From an uncultured delta proteobacterium (lineage in GTDB: Bacteria; Myxococcota_A; Polyangia; Haliangiales; Haliangiaceae), in contig CAWKDB010000010.1 in NCBI GenBank assembly GCA_963848295.1, positions 2,912,001 through 2,976,000 on the forward strand: 64,000 bases of DNA. The letters run 5' to 3'. Position numbers and translations under genes: made by a program. Under the pieces are notes generated by a model. That model was not told the DNA's origin. It saw only the letters and a program-made list of their open reading frames with translations, and did not search any database. Shown one piece after another: positions 19,229-29,454 of the stretch (positions within the stretch are counted from its first letter, which is position 1; the number at the start of each line of letters is the position of its first letter).

Positions 19229-21751
19229 TTAGCGCGGATCATTGAGAAGCCGCCGAGCCATAGGCGCTTCCTTACCATTGGGATCGAGCTCGAGGTAGCG
19301 CTCGAACGCGGCGCGCGCTTCGTCGCGCCGCTGCGCCGACCACAACAACATGCCCTTCTGTGCGAGCGCTGGCGGGTAGTCATGCACCTGGACGAGCGCC
19401 TCGTCGATGGCGGCGAGGGCCTCGTCGGTCCGGCCGAGATGGTTGAGCGCGTCGGCGCGGATCAGGTACGTGCGCGCAGCTCTACGCAACTTCAACGATG
19501 AATCGACGAGCTGCAACGCTTTGGTGAAATCCCCTGCGGTCACCGCGTCGTGCGCTTGGTCCATGAGATCGCGCGCCTGCTTTGCGCGATCCGATGGAGG
19601 TTCCTCATTGTCCGTCACCGCCGCATCGCGCGGCGCGCCTACGACTCGCGGCGCGGCATCCACCGCGACTGCTGCCGCGGCATCGCGCGGTGCGAGCGCG
19701 TCGCGGTGCGCCGATGCGGCATCGCGCGGGATCAGCGCGGCGTCAGCCGGAGCTACCGTGCGAGCAGCATCGGCGTGCAGTCCCGCATCGATCGCAGGGC
19801 GCCGCGGTGGCAATGGCGACATCGCGTCGACAGCGAGAGCCGTCGCGCCGTCACCGGCGTCGGTGCCCATCGGTGCGAGCACCGGCTCGTGCGGTCGATT
19901 CGGGCGAGCCCATCGCAACACGATCGCGGCGCCCGCGAGCAGCGCCGCGAGCACGAGCAGGACGCTCGCTCCCGTGCCGGGCGCCCAGCTCGGCCGCACG
20001 CGCGTCGCGCCACCAGCCTGCGAGACTCGCCGCGGCGGCAGCGGGGTAGCCATCGGCACCGAGGACGGCTCGAGCGCGCTCGCCGCACCGGCCGGCGCAG
20101 CTGCGACGATCGGGACTTCGCGCGTGTTCTTGCGCGGCATGATCGTCACGAGCTCGCGCGCCGTTGACGCTCGTGACTGCGCGAACGGCGTCGGGATCAA
20201 CTCGCCGGAGGCCTCGGCCCGATCGCGGCCGAGCGATCCGATCATGCGAAGCCCCGAATCCTCGCGTCGGTCGGTTCGGCGCGAGCGTGACGGGTCGGTG
20301 GGCGGGTCGTGGTCGAAGCCAGACTCGCCATTCGCATGCTCGTCGTGCGGGAGCTCGGGCTCTTCCGCGAACGGCTGCGACGGAACGCCGGACGAGTCGT
20401 CATCGACGTCGGCCTCGGGCGCGGCGGCCGTCATGACTTGCGCGCGATGGGGCGGCTCAGGGTCGAACAGCCCGGGCTCGATCGCCTGCGCGGCCGCGAC
20501 CGCCTCGTCGATCAATCGCAAGCTCGATGGCCGGTAGCCACCCATCAACGGGCCCGGCTCGGGCTCGATATATGGCTCGGCGTCGATCTCATCGGGCTCC
20601 GGTTCCGGCGCGGGCGCTTGGAGCGGCGGCGGCTCGAGTGGCGCGTGCGGCTGGCCAGAATCGCGGCGCGCGCGATATTCGAGCTGCTCGTGCGCGGTCG
20701 GGCCCGAAGCGACCTCCTCCATCGGTGTTCGGGGAGCCGGAGAATCCTCGAGCATCACGAGCGGCATGGGCTTGCCGGTGATCCGCTTCGGCGGCTGATC
20801 GGGATCGAGATCGACCAGCAACCCTTCGAAGTACAACTTCGAGATCGCTTGCAGGCATTCGAGATCGCCGAAGTCGGAGGCGTCGATGACCTCGAGTAGC
20901 GTGTGTTTGCCGTCGAGCAGCCGCAAGATCCGGTTGTTATCGTCGGGAACTTCGCCGAGCCGCGTCGACAGCTCGTCGAGATCAACTTCGAAACGATGGC
21001 CGAGTGGAGGCAACTGTTCGAGCAGGCGCGACCATTCGTCGAGTCGCCGCATGCCTTCCATCAGGAGGCCTTGCGAGCTCGTCATGATCGCCTCGCGCCG
21101 GCGTACGGTTCGGAACATCACCTCGAACTCGCCGTCGCCCCACGTGAGCAGGCGGTACACAGCGTCCTCGGCTTGCAGGGGGCCGGCTTCGGCGTCGATC
21201 ACTTTACCGTCGCGGAAGTAGATCGCCGCTTGTCGGCCACGCTCGCCGACGAACTGGATCACGCCGGACTTTCGACTGACTTCGATCGTCTGGATCACGT
21301 CGACGACCGGCATGTCCGCGACGCGACCGGCGAACCGCATCCCATCGCGCCGCTCCTCGAACTTCGCTCGCTGCCTTTTCTGGAGCAGGATGTTGATCCG
21401 CGTGACGATCTCTTTGATGTAGATCGGCTTGGTCAGGTAGTCGTCGACGCCGAGCTCGAGCCCGCGAATCTTGTGCTCGATCGCGGTCTCGGCGGTGAGG
21501 AACACGAATGGGATCTCCGCCCAGTCAGTGCTCTGCCGAACTCGGCGACGTAGCTCGAACCCGTCGAGCTCGGGCGCCGGGAACGTCGTCTCCGAAATGA
21601 TCAGGTCGGGGGTGTGGAGCTCGAGCGTCTCGAGCGCCTCTTTGACCGAGGGCGCAGGCGTGACGGTGAAGCCGGCTTTGCGCAGCGACACTTCGAGCAC
21701 TCGCAAGCTGCGAGTGTCCCCGTCGACAAGGAGCAGGCTTTGCTTCGTCAC
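19229..21751 (-). CDS. Receiver + DUF4388-like + TM + TPR multidomain regulator
   Basis: N-terminal receiver (GVDDYLTKP), DUF4388-like VIQTIEVSRKSG...IYFRDGKVIDA, TM helix, C-terminal TPR. Confidence 0.82.
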   Translation of the reverse strand: MTKQSLLLVDGDTRSLRVLEVSLRKAGFTVTPAPSVKEALETLELHTPDLIISETTFPAPELDGFELRRRVRQSTDWAEIPFVFLTAETAIEHKIRGLELGVDDYLTKPIYIKEIVTRINILLQKRQRAKFEERRDGMRFAGRVADMPVVDVIQTIEVSRKSGVIQFVGERGRQAAIYFRDGKVIDAEAGPLQAEDAVYRLLTWGDGEFEVMFRTVRRREAIMTSSQGLLMEGMRRLDEWSRLLEQLPPLGHRFEVDLDELSTRLGEVPDDNNRILRLLDGKHTLLEVIDASDFGDLECLQAISKLYFEGLLVDLDPDQPPKRITGKPMPLVMLEDSPAPRTPMEEVASGPTAHEQLEYRARRDSGQPHAPLEPPPLQAPAPEPEPDEIDAEPYIEPEPGPLMGGYRPSSLRLIDEAVAAAQAIEPGLFDPEPPHRAQVMTAAAPEADVDDDSSGVPSQPFAEEPELPHDEHANGESGFDHDPPTDPSRSRRTDRREDSGLRMIGSLGRDRAEASGELIPTPFAQSRASTARELVTIMPRKNTREVPIVAAAPAGAASALEPSSVPMATPLPPRRVSQAGGATRVRPSWAPGTGASVLLVLAALLAGAAIVLRWARPNRPHEPVLAPMGTDAGDGATALAVDAMSPLPPRRPAIDAGLHADAARTVAPADAALIPRDAASAHRDALAPRDAAAAVAVDAAPRVVGAPRDAAVTDNEEPPSDRAKQARDLMDQAHDAVTAGDFTKALQLVDSSLKLRRAARTYLIRADALNHLGRTDEALAAIDEALVQVHDYPPALAQKGMLLWSAQRRDEARAAFERYLELDPNGKEAPMARRLLNDPR

Positions 21752-21827
21752 GATCCCCGGGCGGGCAAATCGTATCGCGCTAACCAAACCGTCGCCAGCA
21801 ACGCGGCCGCCGGCGTACGCTAGATCG

Positions 21828-22970
21828 GTGAGGCTCGAGCTTCCGTACGGCCGAGCGCCCTACCCGGTCGACCTCGTGGCACCGGACCTCGAGATCGTGG
21901 GTGCGGCGCCACTGCCACCGGCCTCCGAGTCGATCGATCATGCAATCGCCCGTGCACTCGAGGCCCCGATCGGCTGCGGCTCGTTGCGTTCGCTGGTAGC
22001 ACGCCGCGGACGCGTGACGGTGATCGTGAGCGACACGACTCGCGACGAGCCGCGAGCTGCGATGCTGTCCGCGATCCGCGGCGAGTTACCCGACGCGCAG
22101 CTCACGATTGCGGTCGCCACCGGAACCCATGGGCCAGCCGCGATCGGGCCGCTCGGGATCGATGCGTTTCTCGCAGGGGCGCGCGTCGTCAACCACGACG
22201 GCCACCGCGACGAGGATCTGGTCCTGCTCGGGACCACGGAGCGCGGCACCCCCGTGCGACTTCATCGTTGCGTCATCGAGACCGACCTGGTCATCGCCAC
22301 CGGCTGCATCCGACCGCATTACTTCGCCGGATTCGCCGCGGGCGGCAAAGCGATCTTCCCGGGTCTCGGCGCCGCGAGCGATATCCGACGCAACCATCAG
22401 CTGAAGATCCAGCCGGGCGCACGAGCTGGGGACATCGATGCGAATCCGTGTCGAGCAGATCTCGACGAGGCAGTGAGCTTCGTCGAAACGCCCACGTTCT
22501 TGCTCGACGTTGTTGCAGCTCCGGATGGGCCTCGAGCGGCAGTCGCCGGGGAGCTCGGGGCCGCGTTTCGTGCAGGCGTCGAGCTCTGTCGGCCTTGGTT
22601 CACGGTGCGAGCACGTCGAGCGCCGCTGGTCATCGCCTCCGATGCGCTGCCGGTGGCTGCGACCCTCTATCAAGCCGCCAAGATTTTTGCCGCGGCGCTA
22701 CCGTTGGTCGAAGAAGGCGGCAAGCTGATCGTCGTGGCTGAGTGTTGTGACGGAATCGGACCACTTGATGTGGTGAACGAAGCGATCTTTCGGATCGGCG
22801 TCTTGCCGCGCGTCCCGGCCGGCGCAGCGATCGCGTTGGTCAGCGGTCTGGCGGCCGACGTCATCGCGCGTACCCTCGTAGAGTTTGCACCGAACGTATC
22901 TGTCGGAGGTGCCGCGAGGGTCGTGGTGGTTCCGCGTGCGAGTCAGCTGATCTGTGAACCGACGTCATGA
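21828..22970 (+). CDS. Lactate racemase (LarA) N-terminal domain protein
   Basis: SDTTR, ATGTH, NHD, PHYFAGFAAGGKAIFPG, LYQAAK. Confidence 0.82.
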   Translation: MRLELPYGRAPYPVDLVAPDLEIVGAAPLPPASESIDHAIARALEAPIGCGSLRSLVARRGRVTVIVSDTTRDEPRAAMLSAIRGELPDAQLTIAVATGTHGPAAIGPLGIDAFLAGARVVNHDGHRDEDLVLLGTTERGTPVRLHRCVIETDLVIATGCIRPHYFAGFAAGGKAIFPGLGAASDIRRNHQLKIQPGARAGDIDANPCRADLDEAVSFVETPTFLLDVVAAPDGPRAAVAGELGAAFRAGVELCRPWFTVRARRAPLVIASDALPVAATLYQAAKIFAAALPLVEEGGKLIVVAECCDGIGPLDVVNEAIFRIGVLPRVPAGAAIALVSGLAADVIARTLVEFAPNVSVGGAARVVVVPRASQLICEPTS

Positions 22971-23530
22971 TCGAGTCGGCCCTCACCCGCCTCGGTATTG
23001 ACCGTGAATATGTAAGTAAAATCAGTGATTTCATCGATACACTCGAGCGATGGAATCGCAGTATCAACCTGACCGCTGCGAAGTCTCGCGCTGACATCAT
23101 CGATCACGTTGTGGACTGCCTGAGCGTCGTCCCGCATCTCGCCAGCCGAATGCGCGTTCTCGATGTCGGTTCCGGTGGTGGATTGCCAGCCGTGATCGCG
23201 GCGATCTGTTTGCCCGGGTCGACCATCACCGCTCTCGAACCCACTCACAAGAAGCACGCTTTCCTTCGCGCGTGTGCGCGTGAGCTGAACCTGCCGAATC
23301 TGATACCGCTGGCCGAACGCCTGGCCGATCACCGCGTCGCCGACTACGACGCCGCGACTTCGCGCGCGACGTTTGATCTGGCCGACTGGCTCGCGCTCGG
23401 CAGAAGCCGCGTGCGTGCCGGCGGCATCGTGATCGGGTTCGAGGCGACACCGCGTTCGGATCTCCCGACTGGCACGACTCGTCATCCGTATGCCCACGGC
23501 GATCGCACGCGCGCGCTCGTGATCCTGTAG
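22967..23530 (+). CDS. rsmG: 16S rRNA m7G527 methyltransferase
   Basis: WNRSINLTA, HVVDCL, LDVGSGGGLP, KKHAFL, TSRA. Confidence 0.93.
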   Translation: MIESALTRLGIDREYVSKISDFIDTLERWNRSINLTAAKSRADIIDHVVDCLSVVPHLASRMRVLDVGSGGGLPAVIAAICLPGSTITALEPTHKKHAFLRACARELNLPNLIPLAERLADHRVADYDAATSRATFDLADWLALGRSRVRAGGIVIGFEATPRSDLPTGTTRHPYAHGDRTRALVIL

Positions 23531-23584
23531 GCGCCAGTCCTCATGGTTATCTCGAGCGCGCACGCGCGTTACCGGGCAGCTCCG

Positions 23585-23600
23585 CGTTCCACGTGGAACA
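23585..23600. promoter_or_regulatory. parS centromere site
   Basis: CGTTCCACGTGGAACA matches the parS palindrome; origin-proximal. Confidence 0.9.
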
Positions 23601-23756
23601 CATCGAGCACCGCGCATGCTCTGCGCTCGACCCGCCGAGCGGACAACCAATCGCATCGAACGTCACACGTCCACCGTTCGATCGCAGCCCGGTCCATCGA
23701 ACCCGGAACCTCGGTCGTTCACGACACCTGGCTCCACCCATGGGCGGCGGCAGCGT

Positions 23757-24220
23757 CCATCCACGCGCTTTGCGCCAGCCGCTCCGACCCACGGGGGGCG
23801 ACGCGATCGTCCATCCACGCGCTTTGCGCCAGCCGCTCCGACGGGGGGCGACGCGATCGTCCATCCACGCGCTTTGCGCCAGCCGCTCCGACGGGGGGCG
23901 ACGCGATCGTCCATCCACGCGCTTTGCGCCAGCCGCTCCGACGGGGGGCGACGCGATCGTTCACTCACGCGCTTTGCGCCAGCCGGTCCGACCCACGGGG
24001 TCGACGCGATCGTTCACCCACGCGCTTTGCGCCAGCCGCTCCGACCCACGGGGGGGCGGCGCGATCCACCCGCGCGCTTTGCGCCAGCACGCGCCGACCC
24101 ACGGGGGTCGGCGCGATCCATCCGCGCGCTTGCGCCAGCACGCTCTGACCAACGAGGCAGCGAGATCGTCTACCTACGCGCTTCGCGCACGCACGGCTCC
24201 GACCGGGGTCGGCGGGATCC
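23757..24220. repeat. ~50-bp tandem repeat, about 8-9 copies, degenerating rightwards
   Basis: Unit CCATCCACGCGCTTTGCGCCAGCCGCTCCGACGGGGGGCGACGCGATCGT; exact copies at 23811, 23861, 23911. Confidence 0.93.
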
Positions 24221-24342
24221 ATGCGGTTCACGGCGCCTGCCCGGACCCACGGAGGGCTCGTCGGGATCCGCCCGCTTCACGACCCCGCGCGACTCACGGG
24301 GCACCACCCGCCAGAGGGCGCAATCGGGCTCTGCACCACGGT

Positions 24343-24358
24343 CGTTTCACGTGGAACG
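24343..24358. promoter_or_regulatory. parS centromere site overlapping the bioD stop
   Basis: CGTTTCACGTGGAACG. Confidence 0.88.
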
Positions 24359-24997
24359 TATCGCAGCGAGCACCGTATCCAACGCCGAGGGTTCGTCGCG
24401 GTAGATAGCGACCGTTCCGGACCATGCCGCTCGGATTTGGTCGGCGTTGCTCCGCGCAAATACGTCGTCCTCGCCGGCTCGGCGAGACAGCACGAGCGCC
24501 GAGACCGTGAGCCCATCCCGCTCGATCGCCTCGACGGTGAGCAAGCTGTGATTGATCGTTCCGAGCCCTGCTCGAGCCACGACCACGACCGGAAGAGCCA
24601 AGGCACGAGCAAGTCCCGACATATCAAGAACCCGCGTGATCGGAACCCGCCAGCCACCTGCACCCTCCACCAGGCTAAGATCAGCCTGGCAGGCGCCCGA
24701 GGCGGCGAGATGCAGTACACGTTCGGGGCTGATCTCGGCCCCTTCCGCGGTGGCCGAGACGAGCGGAGCCGCGGCCAGCTCGAACGAGTACGCACCCGCC
24801 AGCTCCCCACGTTGCCAGCCACCAGCTGCTTGTGTGAGCGCCTGCTGGTCTTCTCCAAGCTCGCCGTGGCATCCGGTCTCGATCGGCTTGAACGCGAACA
24901 CGCGCTGCCCAAGCTCGCGCGCTCGCCGCGCCAATGCACTCGTGACGAACGTCTTGCCGACGCCGGTATCGGTTCCGGTAACGAAGGCGCCGATCAT
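24347..24997 (-). CDS. bioD: Dethiobiotin synthase
   Basis: FVTGTDTGVGKT, KPIETG, VEGAGG, LGTINH. Confidence 0.95.
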   Translation of the reverse strand: MIGAFVTGTDTGVGKTFVTSALARRARELGQRVFAFKPIETGCHGELGEDQQALTQAAGGWQRGELAGAYSFELAAAPLVSATAEGAEISPERVLHLAASGACQADLSLVEGAGGWRVPITRVLDMSGLARALALPVVVVARAGLGTINHSLLTVEAIERDGLTVSALVLSRRAGEDDVFARSNADQIRAAWSGTVAIYRDEPSALDTVLAAIRST

Positions 24998-26257
24998 GTG
25001 GAGATCGCGGCCGCCGTCGCGCGTTCGAGCAACTGGAGCTCGTCACTCGAAATCGATAGCGGCGGCATCCAGACGACGACGTCGCCCAGGTTGCGCAAGA
25101 GCACTCCGTGCGTGCGGACCCGTTCGCAAACCTCGACGCCCCGCGACCGGCCCTCGACCGGGTCGAGCTCGATCCCGGCCATCATTCCGCATTGGCGAAC
25201 CGACGCGACGCCAGCCATGCCGCCGATTCGGCTTAACGCCGCGGTGAGCTCGGGAGCGCGCGCCGATGCGTTGGCAAGCGTGGATTCGCGGAGCACGGCG
25301 AGTGACTCGAGTCCGACCGCACATGCGAGTGGGTTCGCGGTGAAGGTGTGGCCGTGAAAAAACTGCTTGAGCTCGTCACGTCGACCGAGAAACGCGCCGT
25401 AGACCTCCTCGGTCGCAAGTGTCGCGGCGAGCGGGAGGTAGCCCCCCGCGATTCCTTTGGCGAGGCACATAAAGTCGGGCGCAACACCCTCGGCTTCGCA
25501 CGCGAACAATGGCCCCGTGCGGCCAAACCCGGTCGCGACTTCGTCGACGATGAGGTGGACGCTGTATTGCTTGCACAACGCAGCCGCCGCACTCAGAAAG
25601 CCGGGCGGATGCACGAGCATTCCAGCGGCACCTTGAACCCGAGGTTCCACGATGAACGCTGCGATTCTCGTAGGCGCGGAGCTCGAGCTCATTCTCGAGC
25701 CGGCCGAGAGCGCGCATGCCGTCGGTACCCGCGGGGGTCGGAATCGCGATGCTGCGCACGAGCAGCGGACCGAAGATGCGGTGGAACAGGTCGATGCCGC
25801 CGACCCCGACTGCACCGAGGGTGTCGCCGTGGTACGCGTCGCCGAGACGAAGGAACCGCTGCTTGCTTGGCCGCCCGACCAGCTGCCAATACTGGAACGA
25901 TTGCTTCAGCGCGATCTCGACCGCGGTCGAGCCGGAGTCCGAGTAGAACACCCTCGTCAGGCAGGCCGGCGCCACTTCGACTAGCGCCGCTGCGAGCCGA
26001 ATCCCAGGCTCGTGGGTGAGTCCGAGGAACGTCGAGTGCGCGAGCTTGTGGGCCTGGATCTCAAGTGCGCGATTGAGCCGCGGATGGTTGTGGCCGTGAA
26101 CATTGCACCACAGCGACGCGACTCCGTCGAGGTAGCGATTGCCTTCCACATCGAATAAGAAGCTGCCATCGCCGCGGTCGATGACGAGTGGATCCCATTC
26201 GGCCATCTGCGTGAATGGATGCCAGACCGCGCGCTTATCTAGCTCGCAGAGGTCCAT
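24994..26257 (-). pseudogene. bioA: Adenosylmethionine-8-amino-7-oxononanoate aminotransferase, one frameshift near 25666 (possibly sequencing error)
   Basis: N-half [26 protein letters not shown]-half in another frame [30 protein letters not shown]. Confidence 0.88.
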
Positions 26258-26259
26258 GG

Positions 26260-27417
26260 CTAGGCTCGATGACGCATCGCGTCATCCAGCAGGGAGGCGC
26301 CGGCCTCGACGTGCTCGGCACTATGTCCGGCGGTGAGGCTCAGCCGCAATCGAGACGTCCGCTCGGGCACGGTCGGTGGTCGGATCGCTGGAACGAATGC
26401 CCCTCTCGCCAACAGGCGCCCGCTGAGCTCGAGCGCACTGCGATCGTCACCAACGGGGACCGGGACGATCGCACTATCGGCGGCGCCGCCGGCGCAGGGC
26501 GCAAGCTCGCGCAACCGACGAGCAGAGCGGGCCAACGTCGCCCGGCGCTGGTCACCCTCCGAGCTGCGCGCGATTTCGATCGCCGCGACCGTGGCCGCCT
26601 GGACGAGCGCCGGGGCAGCCGTGGAGAACACTAAGGGCCGAGCGCGATTCCACAGCAGCTCCGCGACCGCCGCGCTGGTCGCGACAAACGCGCCGAACGT
26701 GCCGAGCGCCTTGCCGAACGTGCCGACCAGGACATCGGGCACGACGCCGACCGACGCCGCGATGCCCCTTCCTTCGGGCCCGCGGGCGCCCATCGCGTGG
26801 GCTTCGTCGAGGATCAACGCGGCGTCGTAGCGCCGGCACAGCTCGGATAGCGCGACGACGTCAGCGAGATCTCCATCCATCGAGAACAGCGACTCGGATA
26901 CGACGACCCGGCGTCGACCCCGGCGCGACTCCAGGGCGCGCTCGAGCGCAGCGAGGTCGCGGTGCGGGAACACTTCGACCGCCGCGCGCGACAACCTGCA
27001 GCCGTCGACGATGCTCGCGTGGTTGAGCTCGTCGGAGAACACGACGTCACCCGCACCGAGCAGCGCGGTGAGCACGCCGAGGTTCGCCGCGTAACCGGTC
27101 GCGAAGACGCGTACGCCGCCGACGCGCAGCCAATCCACGACCGCGCGCTCGAGAGCAACGTGTGCTCGCTGGTTGCCGACCAGCAGTCGAGAGGCTCCCG
27201 CCCCAACGCCGACGCGGTCGAGATGGTCCGCCGCGGCGCGCGCGAGGCGAAGATCACCGGCGAGGCCTAGGTAGTCGTTAGAGCCAAAGTTGACGACGCT
27301 CTGTCCGTCGAGCTCGATCAATGCGCCTTGCCGGCCATCGACCACGCGCGCTGTGCGCAGTCGATTCGCAACTCCCAACCGCGCGAGCTCGGCGCGGGCG
27401 TCATCATCGAGGGACAT
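26260..27417 (-). CDS. bioF: 8-amino-7-oxononanoate synthase
   Basis: [41 protein letters not shown]. Confidence 0.95.
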   Translation of the reverse strand: MSLDDDARAELARLGVANRLRTARVVDGRQGALIELDGQSVVNFGSNDYLGLAGDLRLARAAADHLDRVGVGAGASRLLVGNQRAHVALERAVVDWLRVGGVRVFATGYAANLGVLTALLGAGDVVFSDELNHASIVDGCRLSRAAVEVFPHRDLAALERALESRRGRRRVVVSESLFSMDGDLADVVALSELCRRYDAALILDEAHAMGARGPEGRGIAASVGVVPDVLVGTFGKALGTFGAFVATSAAVAELLWNRARPLVFSTAAPALVQAATVAAIEIARSSEGDQRRATLARSARRLRELAPCAGGAADSAIVPVPVGDDRSALELSGRLLARGAFVPAIRPPTVPERTSRLRLSLTAGHSAEHVEAGASLLDDAMRHRA

Positions 27418-27486
27418 CGGCGCGGACTATAGACGCTCGAGCTTGCCGATCAATCGGGATGAGACTCAGCCCGCCACGCCGACGCT

Positions 27487-27631
27487 ATTGACCATGGAGA
27501 CAGCGCCGGCAGCTCCACGCCACGCGCGACCCAAGTTGACAATAGAGACAGCGTCCCCAGCGAACCCGCGCGATTACCGTGATTTGCGGCGCGCTACACG
27601 CAGCCCAAGTTGACAATAGAGACAGCGTCAC
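27487..27631 (-). repeat. Paired 24-bp direct-repeat element (27535-27558, 27609-27631) plus degenerate copy near 27487-27507
   Basis: Period 74 bp; abuts mnmE stop codon. Confidence 0.95.
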
Positions 27632-28936
27632 TACTTGCCGATGCAGAAGCGGGCGAAGACTTCATCGAGGACTCGGTCGCCGACCTCGATGCCTCGGAGC
27701 TGGGCTAGCGCGGCGACGGCGGCACGGAGCTCGAGCGCGAGGATCTCGGGCGGCGCGCGCACGGAGGCCGCGGCGAAGGCGTCTCGTGCGGCGAGGGCGG
27801 CGGCGTGCTGGCGCTCGGTCGTGACGAACACGTCTTCGTTGCCTTCGCGATCGCCGATGCCGGCGACGTCGAGCACGCGCGCGATCAGCTCGTCGAGGCC
27901 AAAACGGGTCACCGCCGAGGTGGCGAGAGCACCGGCGGTCGCGCCTCCGAGGTCGGCCTTGTTGCGCACGACGATCGCGCGGCGACCGAACCTCGAACCG
28001 TCATCCCACGACGACGCGCCATCGTTGACGACGACGACGACATCGGCCGTCGCGACCCGTGCTCGCCGAGCGCGATGCCACGCGCTTCGACGGGGTCGTG
28101 AGTGTCGCGCGAGCCGGCCGTGTCGATCACCGTGACGGCGATGCCGTGCCAAGCTGTCTGGACTTCGACGTAGTCACGCGTCGTACCGGGCTCGGCGGCG
28201 ACGAGCGCTCGCTCGCTGCCGATCAGCGCGTTGAGCAGCGACGACTTGCCGACGTTGACCGGCCCGACGAGCGCGACCGCGAGGCCTTGCCCGATCGCAC
28301 GCGACCGACGAAAGCCGTCTGCGAGCGCCGCGCAGCGGTCGCGCAATGCGGCGATCTCGGTTGCGATCCAACTGCTCGCTCGGTGGTTGGAGATCGTCCT
28401 CCGGAAAATCGATGCGGCCCTCGACCTCGGCGAGCACCACGAGCGCTCGCCGCTCGAGCTCGATGACCGCGTCGCCGAGGCGGCCTTCGAGGTTGCGCTT
28501 GCGCGAGTCGCCAGGCCCGCTCGCTGCCGGCGGCGATCACGCCGAGCAGGGCTTCGGCGCGGACCAGGTCGAGCTTGCCGCCGAGCACCGCGCGACGCGT
28601 GAACTCACCGGGCTCGGCGAGCCGAGCTCCGCGCTCGACCACCGCCGCGAGCAGTCGCCCGAGGTTGTGCGAGCCGCCGTGGCCGTGGAGCTCGGCGACG
28701 TCCTCGCCGGTGAACGACGCCGGCGCCCGCATCGCGAACGCGAGCACCTGATCGATGCGCTCGCCCGCGGCATCTTTCGCCCAACCTAGGCGAACGCTGC
28801 GATCGAGCGACGCCTCGGCAACCCCGAGCGCGTCGGCCGCGATCGCGATCGCACGCGGACCGCTGAGCCGGACGATGCCGACTCCACCCGCGCCCGCCGC
28901 GGTCGCGATCGCCGCGATCGTGTCCGTCTCGCTCAC
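27631..28936 (-). pseudogene. mnmE: tRNA modification GTPase MnmE with three frameshifts (~28496, ~28370, ~28060; possibly sequencing errors)
   Basis: [58 protein letters not shown] spread over four ORF segments. Confidence 0.9.
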
Positions 28937-29451
28937 TCGGCAGCAGGGGCCGCGGCGGCTTCGCCCGGCACCACGAGGATGTGGCGATCTTCGCCTTCTC
29001 CTTCGCTGCGGCTCGACAGGCCGGGGATCTCCGCGATCGCCATGTGAACGATCCGGCGATCGTGCGGCGACATCGGCTGGAGCTCGACGATCTGCTTGGT
29101 CTGCAGCGCCTTCTCGCCCATCCGCTGCGCGAGTGTGCGCAGCCGCTCGACCTGTTTGTCGCGAAATCCGCCGGCGTCGACGATCAACGGCTTGGTCCGC
29201 TCCGTGCTGCGGTCCTTGTACACGGCCTTGTTGACCATGTGCTGCAAGGCGTCGATCACGACGCCATGCCGGCCGATCACGACCTCGGTATCCGCGGTCT
29301 GGATCTCGAGCACGGTCTTGTCGGTCTCTTCTTTGATGTCGATGTCTGCCGAGATTCCCATGCGCTCGAGAGCTCCGAGCAGGAAATCACTCGCCTTCTC
29401 GGCGAGGTCTTCACGTTCAGCAGTAGCAGGCTGAGTCACGGCTTGTTCCAT
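28933..29451 (-). CDS. jag: Jag/KhpB RNA-binding protein (KH + R3H)
   Basis: IGRHG..IDALQ KH, RRIVH R3H, SEGEGEDR; synteny. Confidence 0.92.
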   Translation of the reverse strand: MEQAVTQPATAEREDLAEKASDFLLGALERMGISADIDIKEETDKTVLEIQTADTEVVIGRHGVVIDALQHMVNKAVYKDRSTERTKPLIVDAGGFRDKQVERLRTLAQRMGEKALQTKQIVELQPMSPHDRRIVHMAIAEIPGLSSRSEGEGEDRHILVVPGEAAAAPAAE

Positions 29452-29454
29452 AAA

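Noticed and set aside
23543..24408. ORFs across the 50-bp tandem repeat
   Set aside because: Unit length is not a multiple of 3, and translations are low-complexity in all frames; judged non-coding
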